NCBI GenBank assembly: GCA_039819565.1
Contig: JBCBRU010000003.1
Location: 1 to 53,054 of the forward strand
Direction of reading: 5' to 3'
DNA from: Myxococcota bacterium
GTDB lineage: Bacteria; Myxococcota; Kuafuiibacteriia; Kuafuiibacteriales; Kuafuiibacteriaceae
Length of the DNA: 53,054 bases
Part shown: one piece after another, positions 12,521 to 21,770 of the stretch
Layout of the letters: every line of letters begins with the position of its first letter
Position numbering within the stretch: the first letter of the stretch is position 1
Made by a program: the position numbers and the translations under genes
The notes under the pieces: model-generated
Told to the model about the DNA's origin: nothing
The model's database searches: none
Seen by the model: only the letters and a program-made list of their open reading frames with translations

Positions 12521-13584
12521 AGGAGGGAACTCCCGCTCTCTCGCTCGAAGAGGTGCGCCTCCTCGAGTTCCACCCCCACCCGAACCGTGTCTCCGATGCG
12601 GACCTGAGTGTCGGGCGAGAGCTGTGACGTCACGGCCTGGCCCTCGACCTCTCCGAGGGCATGGACCACGGACCCGAGAGGCTCCAGAACTTCGACGGAG
12701 AGAGGAAGACTGTTCTCTTCGTCCGGGCTCTCGAACATGTGCTCGGGCCGGATTCCGAGACTCAGCAGACTATGCTCTCCGATCGCACTCTTCATTCGCT
12801 CCGGGATGGGAATGGAGAAGCCCCGCCCGAAGAGACGGCCCTCGCCCACCTCCACGTCGAAGAAGTTCATGCTTGGGGAGCCGATGAAGCCGCCCACGAA
12901 GGTGTTGGCCGGCCGCCGATATAGATCCAGCGGCGCCCCCACCTGCTGCACCACCCCCATGCTCATCACCACAATGTGGCTCGCGAGGGTCATGGCCTCC
13001 ACCTGGTCGTGGGTGACGTAGACGGTGGTCGTACCCAAGCGGCGGTGGAGCTTCGCGATCTCGGCCCGCATGGCCACGCGGAGCTTGGCGTCGAGGTTCG
13101 ACAAGGGCTCGTCGAAGAGGAACACGGCGGGCTGACGAACGATGGCTCGACCCATCGCCACCCGCTGACGCTGACCGCCGGAGAGCTGCTTGGGCTTTCG
13201 ATCGAGATAGTCTTCGAGGCCGAGAATCCCGGCCGCCTCCGACACCCGTCGATCTATCTCCGCCTTGTCCATCTTGCGGAGCTTCAGTCCGAAACTGATG
13301 TTGTCGCGGACGGTCATGTGCGGGTACAGCGCGTAGCTTTGGAAGACCATCGCCACGTCGCGATCCCGTGGGGAGAGGTCGTTGACCACCTTCCCGCCGA
13401 TCTCGAGGGTGCCTCCGCTGATCTCTTCGAGACCTGCGATCATGCGGAGGGTGGTCGACTTACCGCATCCGGAGGGTCCCACCAGGACCACGAAGTCACC
13501 GTCCCCGATGTTCAGGTTGACGTCGCGTACGGCGGTGACGTCGCCGTAGCGCTTGAAGACGTTCTCGAGGGTGACGGAGGCCAT
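12517..13584 (-). CDS. malK: sugar ABC transporter ATP-binding protein (MalK/MsmX-like)
   Basis: GPSGCGKST, LSGGQRQRVAMGR, FLFDEPLSNLD, YVTHDQ, FIGSPSMN. Confidence 0.92.
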   Translation of the reverse strand: MASVTLENVFKRYGDVTAVRDVNLNIGDGDFVVLVGPSGCGKSTTLRMIAGLEEISGGTLEIGGKVVNDLSPRDRDVAMVFQSYALYPHMTVRDNISFGLKLRKMDKAEIDRRVSEAAGILGLEDYLDRKPKQLSGGQRQRVAMGRAIVRQPAVFLFDEPLSNLDAKLRVAMRAEIAKLHRRLGTTTVYVTHDQVEAMTLASHIVVMSMGVVQQVGAPLDLYRRPANTFVGGFIGSPSMNFFDVEVGEGRLFGRGFSIPIPERMKSAIGEHSLLSLGIRPEHMFESPDEENSLPLSVEVLEPLGSVVHALGEVEGQAVTSQLSPDTQVRIGDTVRVGVELEEAHLFERESGSSLL

Positions 13585-13586
13585 CT

Positions 13587-14783
13587 CTATCGCCTCGCTC
13601 CCGCCACGAGCTCGGAGACCTCGGCCTGGGCGGGGGCCGCGGCCGCCTCGGGGGCGACCTTGCCGTTGATGACCTTGTTCATCATCGTCGTGGCTGGCGT
13701 CCACACCATGCGCATGGCGGGGGTGTTGGGGGTGGGGACGCTCTTCGCGAGCTGCGAGAGGAACACGGACAGGACGGGATCCTTCTTCACCGCCGGGTCC
13801 TCATAGACTTCCCGGCGGGCTGTCGTTTGGCGTCCGTCCTTGGCCATCACGAGCCCTGCTTCAACGCTGGTGAGGTGCTTCATGACTTCGAAAGCCGCCT
13901 TCTTGTCCTTCGCGCGGGCGCTCATGATCACGCCTTCGGCAGTGAGGAAAGGACGAGGGGCTTCGCCGTTCTTCGAGATGGTGGGAAGCGGAGCCACCGC
14001 GTACTTTACCGACGGGTCAATCTCGCCGAGAAACCACGGTCCGTTGATGACCATCCCCACCTTGCCTCGGTTGAAGAGGGTGGTGACGAGGGTGCTGCTG
14101 ATCTCCTGGGGCATGATGCCCGATGCGTGGGCCAGCTCCTGCGCGAAGGCGAGGGATTGGACCACGGACGGCGTGTCCAGGGTGGGCTTACCTTTGCCGT
14201 CGAAGACACGACCGCCGAAGCCCTGCATCCAGGCTCCGTGGTACCAGAAATTGGCGTTCTCATAGGCGAGGCCGAACTTCTCGGCCTTCGCATCGGTGAG
14301 CTTCTTGCCGAGGGCCACGAGCTCGTCGGTGGTCTTGGGCGGCGTCTCGACGAGCTGCTTGTTGTAGATGAGGGCCACCATCTTGAAGGCGATGGGCAGA
14401 CCGAACACGGCGTCGTCGTAGGTGAGCGCCTCTAGCGTAGGCGGCAGGAAAGCCTGCTCGAGCTCTTCGTCCAACCAAAAATCGAGGGGTTCAATGAGCT
14501 CGCTCGCCGCCCAATCTCCGAGTCGGTCCTGGGCGAAGATGAACAAGTCAGGACCTCGCCCCCGCGGAATGGCGGCGGTGATCTTGTCGGCGAAGGCATC
14601 GTAGGGCACCGCGAGAAGCTGGATGCGCACGTCCTTCTGAGAAGAGTTGAAACTCTCCACGACCTTCTCGAGGGCTTTGCGCTCTCCCGCGCGATACGCG
14701 TGCCAGAGCACGACGTCAGCGGCGAAGACAGGGAGAGAGAGACAGGTAACGGCGGCGGCGACGAAAGCAAGTAGCTTCTTCAT
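13587..14783 (-). CDS. malE: maltose/maltodextrin-binding periplasmic protein (MalE-like)
   Basis: Signal peptide VFA, GPDLFIFAQDRLGDWA, LIYNK, MVINGPW, PNTPAMRMVW. Confidence 0.88.
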   Translation of the reverse strand: MKKLLAFVAAAVTCLSLPVFAADVVLWHAYRAGERKALEKVVESFNSSQKDVRIQLLAVPYDAFADKITAAIPRGRGPDLFIFAQDRLGDWAASELIEPLDFWLDEELEQAFLPPTLEALTYDDAVFGLPIAFKMVALIYNKQLVETPPKTTDELVALGKKLTDAKAEKFGLAYENANFWYHGAWMQGFGGRVFDGKGKPTLDTPSVVQSLAFAQELAHASGIMPQEISSTLVTTLFNRGKVGMVINGPWFLGEIDPSVKYAVAPLPTISKNGEAPRPFLTAEGVIMSARAKDKKAAFEVMKHLTSVEAGLVMAKDGRQTTARREVYEDPAVKKDPVLSVFLSQLAKSVPTPNTPAMRMVWTPATTMMNKVINGKVAPEAAAAPAQAEVSELVAGARR

Positions 14784-15958
14784 GGGGACGGACTCCTCGA
14801 GAACCGTACGAGGGCTCCGGGGCGTATCCGCTCTCCGCCCTCGACCACGGTGGCCAAGATGAACTTGGGATGGATGGCGGTGACGACGACGCGGGCGACC
14901 ACGTCGCTCGCCTCAATGACGTCTCCAATCGAAAAAACATTCACGTCCTCGATCTTCTCGAGGACCACGAGCTCGTCTTTGACCTGCTCGACCCGGGCGG
15001 TCTGCCCTGGCGGTCGGCCGTTCCGGGCTTCGACTCCGGGCAGGGGAGCACCCGCAGCCGATTCAGCTCTCAGTCGGGCCTCAGGGTCGACATACACCGC
15101 CGGGAGCGAGGCCAAGCGACGCGTTCTGTCGTCGTAGGCCGCGAGCAGGCTCTCCTGCCGCATCCCCTTGGGGACGAGGACGTCGACGACGAAGGGATGA
15201 AAGCGGCCGAGTCCACCTCCACCTAGCGCGAGAGGTTCGGCCACGGTGACCACCGGCATGGTGAGAGCGTTCTGGATGCTCCCGCCGGTGAGGCGATCGA
15301 AGGCGTCGAAGGTGTTCTCCCACACTGCGCCGCTCACCATCACGGCAAAGCCCCAGGAGGGATCGGGGGCCTTCCCGAGGGACGCAATGGGAACGCGGGC
15401 CTCTGCGATGTTCTTGAATCCCCGGACCTTCGGAACCAGAACTCTCTCGGATGGGCCCCATTCCCGCAGGAGTGATTGCAGATAGAAGGGACGGGGAGTC
15501 GGGACCACGGCAACGTCCCAGGCGCTCTTGGGGTCCAGCTGGACGTTGCGGCCCGGGAGAGATTCGGTGACCCCGTCGCCGGGGGTATGATCGATATAGA
15601 TGTCGACGTGTTGGACGAAGAGCCCATTGTCGAGCTCGAAGCGCTGAGCTTCGGTGCGTCGCGTCTCCGGCGGACGCCAGAGCGGCTTGCCGAGCTCCAC
15701 CTTAAAGACCAGTTCGTCCCCCTCCCGGCTCACCGAGAAGGTACGGAGGTCGAAGCTGTTGCGTCGATACGCTTGGTTCGATGGATATACGTAGCTACCC
15801 GGCCCGTGATCGTCTCGAGCTGGGTCGACGAAGCTCGCCGAGAACGGCACGAGTGCCTCGCCGCGGGCGGGGCTCTCCCAAGCCCAACCTAACAAGAGTG
15901 CGAGCGCCCCGGTGCGGGCGTAGATGTACGGTTTGTGCGCGACCACGGAGCTCCCCAC
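14780..15958 (-). CDS. secreted glucodextranase-C/DOMON-like domain protein with a small C-terminal beta domain
   Basis: DPARDDHGPGSYVYP, FDLRTF, QHVDIYID, SLPGRNV; start uncertain. Confidence 0.7.
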   Translation of the reverse strand: MGSSVVAHKPYIYARTGALALLLGWAWESPARGEALVPFSASFVDPARDDHGPGSYVYPSNQAYRRNSFDLRTFSVSREGDELVFKVELGKPLWRPPETRRTEAQRFELDNGLFVQHVDIYIDHTPGDGVTESLPGRNVQLDPKSAWDVAVVPTPRPFYLQSLLREWGPSERVLVPKVRGFKNIAEARVPIASLGKAPDPSWGFAVMVSGAVWENTFDAFDRLTGGSIQNALTMPVVTVAEPLALGGGGLGRFHPFVVDVLVPKGMRQESLLAAYDDRTRRLASLPAVYVDPEARLRAESAAGAPLPGVEARNGRPPGQTARVEQVKDELVVLEKIEDVNVFSIGDVIEASDVVARVVVTAIHPKFILATVVEGGERIRPGALVRFSRSPSP

Positions 15959-15977
15959 CTTGGCGCGAACGAGGGCT

Positions 15978-16018
15978 TGAACGGGGGTGAGGCGCGCCTC
16001 GCCTCACCCCCGCGTTCA
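15978..16018 (-). terminator. intergenic GC-rich hairpin inside the operon (mRNA stabiliser or attenuating terminator)
   Basis: GGGGGTGAGGCG (15983-15994) / CGCCTCACCCCC (16000-16011), extended by TGAAC/GTTCA; no U-tract. Confidence 0.55.
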
Positions 16019-16039
16019 GTTAGTGAGTGAACCGGTCGC

Positions 16040-17131
16040 TCAGGGAGCGGTGATGGCGGTGTTGTTGTCGTTTCCGACCCGGGTGATGTCGGCGGCGGTC
16101 CAAGTCATGCCACCGTCGGTGCTGATCTCGGCCGTCACACCGGTGGTGAGAGCCACCGTACCCATGACGCCCATCTCGGTGCCCTTGTACTCGACGCCGC
16201 GAACCTGCAAGACAAACTGCGCCACGTCGCCGCTGTTGAGACCGCCGCTGTGCGGGCGAGGCGTGCCCACACCCACGTTGGGGAGAAGCTGGAAGGTGTA
16301 GACGCCGTCGCTTGCGGTCGCGTCGCCGTTGGTGCCGTCATCAATCATGTTGATGAGGCTCCAGCCCCAGGCCGAAGACTTGATCTCGACCATGTGCATG
16401 GTCGGGTCGAAGTTCATCTGGAAGTCCGGATCCATGTTCGCGGTGTCGATGGAGATCCGCATGTCGGTGGTGCCCCAGGCCGGAATCACGAGACCGGTGG
16501 TGTCGATGGCGTCGGTAGCTCCCACGGCCACCTCGAAGGTTCCGTTGCCGCCCGGGTTGTTCCAGATCCAGCCGCCGTCGTCCATGGCACCCATGGCGTC
16601 GACGGTGGCTCCGGCGATGGCGCCATACTCGAAGCTCACGGGGTCCGTGGTGGGAATGTCCACGAACACGGTGATCCCCCAGATGCTGTCTCCCGCGGTG
16701 GCTCCGGCGGGCTCATGGCCGCCCATGTTCCAAGGGCCATCGTCATAAACGGGCGGGTAGGGCGCGGCCCAGCCGGTGTCCAGAGAGAGGATACGAGTCA
16801 TCGCGTCGTAATCGAAGGAGCCCTTCCACGCGAGGCCATCCGCCGTCGTGTAGGACTTGTTGGCCGAGTCGTCGATGGTGAAGTTGACGGGCACGGTGTT
16901 GGGGGGCTGCGTGAAGCCCATAGCGCCGCCCATGTCCTCGGCGGCGCCCATGTCCATCTCGGTGGCGCCCATGTCCATCTCGGTGGCGCCCATATCAGCG
17001 GGCGGGGTGGTGCCCATGTCGACGGGGGGCGTCGTGCCCATGTCCACGGCGGGGGTGGTGTCGTCGTCGCTACAAGCGACCAGGAGACCTGCCGAGAGGG
17101 ACAGGCCAAGTGCAGTCTTCAGAAGTTTCAT
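16040..17131 (-). CDS. lipoprotein with DMG-repeat stalk and two choice-of-anchor-X-like modules
   Basis: AAGGAGGAG RBS; lipobox LLVAC-SDDD; YDDGPW..GATAGDSIWG and MIDDGTNGDATASDGVYTF motifs. Confidence 0.75.
   Translation of the reverse strand: MKLLKTALGLSLSAGLLVACSDDDTTPAVDMGTTPPVDMGTTPPADMGATEMDMGATEMDMGAAEDMGGAMGFTQPPNTVPVNFTIDDSANKSYTTADGLAWKGSFDYDAMTRILSLDTGWAAPYPPVYDDGPWNMGGHEPAGATAGDSIWGITVFVDIPTTDPVSFEYGAIAGATVDAMGAMDDGGWIWNNPGGNGTFEVAVGATDAIDTTGLVIPAWGTTDMRISIDTANMDPDFQMNFDPTMHMVEIKSSAWGWSLINMIDDGTNGDATASDGVYTFQLLPNVGVGTPRPHSGGLNSGDVAQFVLQVRGVEYKGTEMGVMGTVALTTGVTAEISTDGGMTWTAADITRVGNDNNTAITAP
16919..17050 (-). repeat. in-frame tandem repeats encoding (D-M-G-x4-5)n
   Basis: PAVDMGTTPPVDMGTTPPADMGATEMDMGATEMDMGAAEDMG; a 21-bp unit CCCATGTCCATCTCGGTGGCG occurs twice. 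Confidence 0.85.
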
Positions 17132-17171
17132 TTCTCTACTCTCCTCCTTGGTTTGGGGACGTACCCCGGGA

Positions 17172-18671
17172 TTACTGCCCCACCGGGCACGTGCCATCGT
17201 CCAGAGGCGGCACGGTGGCGGGCCCTACGCCCGTGGGAGTGATCAGCGGGTCGGGGCGACAGTCGTTGTCGAGATCATGCCGCTCCGCGGCGTCGGGGAC
17301 GCCGTCGTCGTCGGCATCGATGATGAAGTCCACCGAACCACCGGTGGCGATGCGCAGGTTGGCGAGGTCCTTGTTGGTGGACTCGTCGCCGAAGTTGTCG
17401 CGGCGGTAAATGAGACCGTCACCGTTGAAGTCGGTGACCTCCATGATGCGCTGGTTGCCGGGCCACTCCTCCGAGCCGGTCCAGAGGTCGCCCTGTTGGC
17501 CCCAGGTATACTTGTAGCCGAATCGAAGGCCGCGGGGGAGGTCGAAGCTGATGGTCCAGACGTTGTCGCCGCCAACCACGTCGCCGTTGGTGCCGTCGTC
17601 GAACATCCCGACGGTGTTCGGAGACCAGGAGCCCTGATTTCCGAGCATCGCGTCGATGGTGGTGTCCTGCACCGGCGAGGTTTCATGCACCCCTCCCACG
17701 AAGAACATCTGCTTGCCGGGTTCGTCTCGAACCCACTTGAAGCGGTTGATCTCGTTGCAGGACCCATCGAGCCGACCGGGATTGAAGTCGACCTCCATCA
17801 CCACGCGAATGACGCTGGGGTCGAGGCACTCCTGAATCTGTACCCCCTCCGCCGCGGCCGCGATGAGCTGGTCGAAGCGAAGTCGCGCCAGGTCGAGGGA
17901 GGCGGTTCCCAGCGAACCGAAGTCAATGGGATCGTTCACGACCGGAGACCCCTCGATGAGGGCGCGGGTCAAAGGCTGACCTTCCGGCTGATACTCGGGC
18001 CACTGAAAGACCCGCGGGTTCTCTTCGGAAGTCTCGAGGGTTGAATCGGCTCGATCGAGAAGCGTGGACACCACCTGCCGCACCGTAGCGAGGGTCGAAG
18101 TGTTCGTGGCGAGAAGGTCGCCCACGGCCGCGAGTGTATTTTGCGTAGCTACGGGATCGAGGGCCTGGAGGCGTCGTCCGAGCCCCGTCACCTTTCCCAT
18201 CACCACGAGAGCCTGAATGGTCGAATCCGGGGACACGCTCACCGAGGTCGGGACGAACCCTCGGTCGATGTCGCGCTCGTTGGTTCCGTCGACCTCCACG
18301 ATCTCCGGGAGGAGCGCCAGGAGGTTGAAACCACCGACCGCCACCGAAAGACGGGCGTTTGGGTAGCGGCCTTCGTCGAGGGCGAGATCGAAGGTGTTCC
18401 CGTCCACGTCGAAGTCGAAGATCTCAATCTCTTGACCGTCCGAAGTCAGCACCACGAACTCGGCTCGGGTGAGGTCGATAGCCGCCTCGACGGTCCCGCG
18501 GAGGGTGGTCCGGGGCCGCGGGTGGTCCGTGTCTCCCGACTCCGCCAGCAGCCCCTCGAGGCCGCAGCCCCCGACGGCCATGGAAAGCGCCGCCAACCCT
18601 CCCAGGGTCGACGCGGACAGTTTACGTACGTCGAATGCGTTTTTGAAAGAAGCTTGCACGATGGTCACCAT
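17172..18671 (-). CDS. lipoprotein with a C-terminal choice-of-anchor-X/CBM-like domain
   Basis: Lipobox VGGC; MFDDGTNGDVVGGDNVWTISFDL..FGYKYTWG; Trp-rich; start uncertain. Confidence 0.65.
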   Translation of the reverse strand: MVTIVQASFKNAFDVRKLSASTLGGLAALSMAVGGCGLEGLLAESGDTDHPRPRTTLRGTVEAAIDLTRAEFVVLTSDGQEIEIFDFDVDGNTFDLALDEGRYPNARLSVAVGGFNLLALLPEIVEVDGTNERDIDRGFVPTSVSVSPDSTIQALVVMGKVTGLGRRLQALDPVATQNTLAAVGDLLATNTSTLATVRQVVSTLLDRADSTLETSEENPRVFQWPEYQPEGQPLTRALIEGSPVVNDPIDFGSLGTASLDLARLRFDQLIAAAAEGVQIQECLDPSVIRVVMEVDFNPGRLDGSCNEINRFKWVRDEPGKQMFFVGGVHETSPVQDTTIDAMLGNQGSWSPNTVGMFDDGTNGDVVGGDNVWTISFDLPRGLRFGYKYTWGQQGDLWTGSEEWPGNQRIMEVTDFNGDGLIYRRDNFGDESTNKDLANLRIATGGSVDFIIDADDDGVPDAAERHDLDNDCRPDPLITPTGVGPATVPPLDDGTCPVGQ

Positions 18672-20683
18672 CCCACTTCGACCGTGGCCTTGGAGCGCCA
18701 GACTCGCCACGCCTGGTCAAAGGAGCCAGGCCGGTCGCGCTCTTGATCTTTATGAAAGTACTCCAGGAGATAACCGAAGGACAGGCCCCCAAAGTTGTAG
18801 GATGCAGTGAATCTCCCAGTGTTTTTCCAAGTTCGATAGTCGAAAAAGCCCGATTCCTGGCTTCCTGAACGGTTGATCTCGTCCCAGAACTGATGTTCGA
18901 AGCCAGCTCCGACCTTGAGTTCGTCGGTGAGCTGGTAGCTCGCGGAGACGAAGCCCATGTACAAGCGCCCTTCGTAATCGTCCGTCTCGAGCTGACCGAG
19001 CGACTGTCGCACCGCGTCATCGCGTCGACCGTCGAAGTCATCGATGAACTTACCCTTGGCCTGAACGATGAAGTTGTTCCCGAAGGGCATGAGGTACTCG
19101 AGGTTCAGCACCGCGATCATCGAGCGCCGATCTTGGAACTCCTTGTAGACGGAACGTGGGTCCTTCCCGCGATCGAAGATATTGGCGTAGTCGAAGTCAG
19201 CAGTGAAAGACTGGGGGTCCGTGAACCCATCGGTGTACAGGAAGTCCGGGTACTGATTGTCCGTGTCTCGCCCCTGCTGGTTCGTGTTGTACGTGATAAA
19301 TGAATACTCGCCGCTCAGGTTCAGCCCGCCCAGGTTCCATTCCATGACCGCGGTGGCGCCGTGCCACCCAATGATGGACTCGAACCAAGGCTCGTCGAAG
19401 TCGACGAACTCGTTGGCAAGGTTGAGGGTGGGGAGCTGGCCTCCCGAGATGAATCCGGAGGTGATGAACCCATCGGTGAGAAGGACGTCGGCTTCGCGAC
19501 GGGCTCCGAAGGGGGCGTTGAACTCTTCGCCGATGTTGAAATACTCGAGCTTGATGTCCAAGCCGATGTCGAAGGGGTCGAACAGCTCGACGAGCGCTTT
19601 GCCGGCGAAGTCCTGCGCCGCTCGACCCTGGGTGGACACCGCCCCCGTGACGGGATCGACGATATCCTCGGTAAGAAACAGGACCGGCGAAAAGCCCTGA
19701 TCGAGGCGAACTCCGTTGCTCGCGTAGTCAGGATTCACGAGGCTGCTCGAAAAGGCGAGGAGCCCGTAAACACTGAGCTTGTCCCACCAGGAGGGCTCGT
19801 AGCGAGCTTCCGCGGTGGCGTTCGCGGACTGAAACCTCGGCTCCCAAGCGGTCGCGTGATCGGCGCCCTCTTCTCGGTCGGAGATTCCGAGCGCATCCGG
19901 GTCGAAGCGGTCCGCTTCGACGTCGTGGATATAGTCGCCGATCACCGTAAGCGTCAGATCGTCAATGGGACGAGCCTCCACCTTGAGGGCGTAGGCCCAC
20001 TCCGCTCCCCAAAACCCAGCCAGGGGATCCGCATTGCGAAGTCCGGTGTTCCAACGGGGACCCACGAAGAGCTTGGGCACGGCGATAGCGCCGAAGTGGT
20101 AGGAGAGCTGTCGGTTCAGGACGTCGCCCTCGACCAGCACCGCGCCGGCGTTGTCCCTGTCGATGTAGCGGGACTTTCCGATCGTCCACTCGTTGAACAT
20201 GCCGAGGTCCGTAGAGCCAAAGTGGATCCATCGGACGCCCGGGATGGGAGGGGCCGCCCGAATCCAAGCTCCCCGCAGCTTCATATAGGCGGCGTGGTTG
20301 AGTCCGAGGGCCTCGCCCGAGGTGTTTTCAACGAAGAGGTTGTTGTCGTTGTCCCAGCGGGTATCTCCGTTTTCCCACCAGCCCTGCCAGAGGGCCCCAA
20401 AGCGGCTCTTCACGCGAACCCCGGCCGACACGAACTTACTCACGCGCCCACGGATATTCAGCTCGAACTCGGTGCAGACACCATTTCCGCCGCCGATGTT
20501 GTCCGGCCAGAAGGGGTTCGATAGGGACAAACACCCGCGAGTGGCGTCGTTTTTGTAGAGCCACTTCGTATAGATTTTTCCGTTGAGCTCGAAGTTGGCG
20601 GTGTCGGCGTGGGCGCTGCTGCTGGCGAGCAAGCACACACCGAGTGCGATGCCGGCGAGCCCCCGGCCTGTGCAACGGGACAT
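18665..20683 (-). CDS. putative outer-membrane beta-barrel protein (candidate oligosaccharide porin)
   Basis: GAGGAG RBS, signal peptide AHA-D, alternating amphipathic strands, aromatic-rich, C-terminal KATVEVGW beta-signal. Confidence 0.65.
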   Translation of the reverse strand: MSRCTGRGLAGIALGVCLLASSSAHADTANFELNGKIYTKWLYKNDATRGCLSLSNPFWPDNIGGGNGVCTEFELNIRGRVSKFVSAGVRVKSRFGALWQGWWENGDTRWDNDNNLFVENTSGEALGLNHAAYMKLRGAWIRAAPPIPGVRWIHFGSTDLGMFNEWTIGKSRYIDRDNAGAVLVEGDVLNRQLSYHFGAIAVPKLFVGPRWNTGLRNADPLAGFWGAEWAYALKVEARPIDDLTLTVIGDYIHDVEADRFDPDALGISDREEGADHATAWEPRFQSANATAEARYEPSWWDKLSVYGLLAFSSSLVNPDYASNGVRLDQGFSPVLFLTEDIVDPVTGAVSTQGRAAQDFAGKALVELFDPFDIGLDIKLEYFNIGEEFNAPFGARREADVLLTDGFITSGFISGGQLPTLNLANEFVDFDEPWFESIIGWHGATAVMEWNLGGLNLSGEYSFITYNTNQQGRDTDNQYPDFLYTDGFTDPQSFTADFDYANIFDRGKDPRSVYKEFQDRRSMIAVLNLEYLMPFGNNFIVQAKGKFIDDFDGRRDDAVRQSLGQLETDDYEGRLYMGFVSASYQLTDELKVGAGFEHQFWDEINRSGSQESGFFDYRTWKNTGRFTASYNFGGLSFGYLLEYFHKDQERDRPGSFDQAWRVWRSKATVEVGW

Positions 20684-20703
20684 GACAGATCTCCTCGTGA
20701 AGC

Positions 20704-21585
20704 TCAGCGGCCGGGATAGACGAGGGGAACGACGACCAGATCCTCAGGCTTGGGAGCCGTGACGGACGCGTCGAACTTGGAGAGGATGGCGTGCTGCTTC
20801 TCCACCTCGTCGGAGCCGCCGCGGCCCGATCCGGCGAGCATGTCGATGACGTGAGGGTCGACGTCGTAGTCCGTACCGCCTCCGAAGCGATGCTGGCCTT
20901 CGTACTCGTTGACCTTTCGAGTCAGGAGGTCCGTCTTTGCAGGAAAGCCTTCGTTGGACTGCATCAAGACCTGGTAGCCCCAGCTGGGCTGCGGGGGGCC
21001 GCCAAGGTCGGCGGTGTCGACCACGGCGACGAGAGTGCGGCCCGCGGCACGGGTGATGCTCGGGACCACGACCCGCTCCTTGTGGGCGGCGGCCTTGGCG
21101 TCGACCTCAGAGTTCACGCGGGTGGCGCCCTGCGGGCTGACGATGACGACTCGGTCCCAGGCCTCTTCAGGAGCGAAGCGAACGTTGGTGCCGGGCATGC
21201 CGTCCGTCGCTCCCGAGTTCGCTACGCCATCGGTGTCGATATGGATGAAGGCCATCTGCACGGAGAAGCCGTTGCCGCCCCAAGCCTTCGAGTCCCAAGG
21301 GTCGTCGATACGTCGAGCAACCGTGACCCGAAACTCGACCTGCGCCCCTTTGGGCACGACCTCAAAGCGGGTCAGGTCGAAGGCACCGGCCGAGTACACC
21401 TTGTCGGTGGGGTAGACGTAGCTCCCCGGACCATTGTCGTCGCCCTTCGGATCTTCGAGGACCACGGAGCCGTCGCTGGCCGCGGCGGACGCCGCACCGG
21501 CCCCCCCGGACTGACAGGCAGGCGTAGAAACGACGGCGAAGAGCAGAGCAGAGAGCCCGAGCGCGCGAGAGCGAACAAGTTTCAT
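20704..21585 (-). CDS. glucodextranase-C/DOMON-like lipoprotein
   Basis: STPAC lipobox-like; EDPKGDDNGPGSYVYPT, AFDL, NGFSVQMAFIHID, FGGG..PHVIDML. Confidence 0.78.
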   Translation of the reverse strand: MKLVRSRALGLSALLFAVVSTPACQSGGAGAASAAASDGSVVLEDPKGDDNGPGSYVYPTDKVYSAGAFDLTRFEVVPKGAQVEFRVTVARRIDDPWDSKAWGGNGFSVQMAFIHIDTDGVANSGATDGMPGTNVRFAPEEAWDRVVIVSPQGATRVNSEVDAKAAAHKERVVVPSITRAAGRTLVAVVDTADLGGPPQPSWGYQVLMQSNEGFPAKTDLLTRKVNEYEGQHRFGGGTDYDVDPHVIDMLAGSGRGGSDEVEKQHAILSKFDASVTAPKPEDLVVVPLVYPGR

Positions 21586-21770
21586 AGATTTAACGTGGGA
21601 GCCTCCCCGGCCCCCGTCCTCCCAAAGCGTGTCTAACCTATGAGTCACGTCTGCGAAACCGCCGACTCCCACTTTTTTCCGACACCTCCCGACTGCGACC
21701 GACAGGTTTCGGCACGGTCCGGCTCCGCCGCAGTGCGGCTAGCCTCAGCGGCTCCGCCAGCTGTAGCTTC

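Noticed and set aside
16919-17050. Short tandem DNA repeats as CRISPR or a phase-variable tract
   Set aside because: In-frame coding repeats (21-24 bp) of a lipoprotein stalk.
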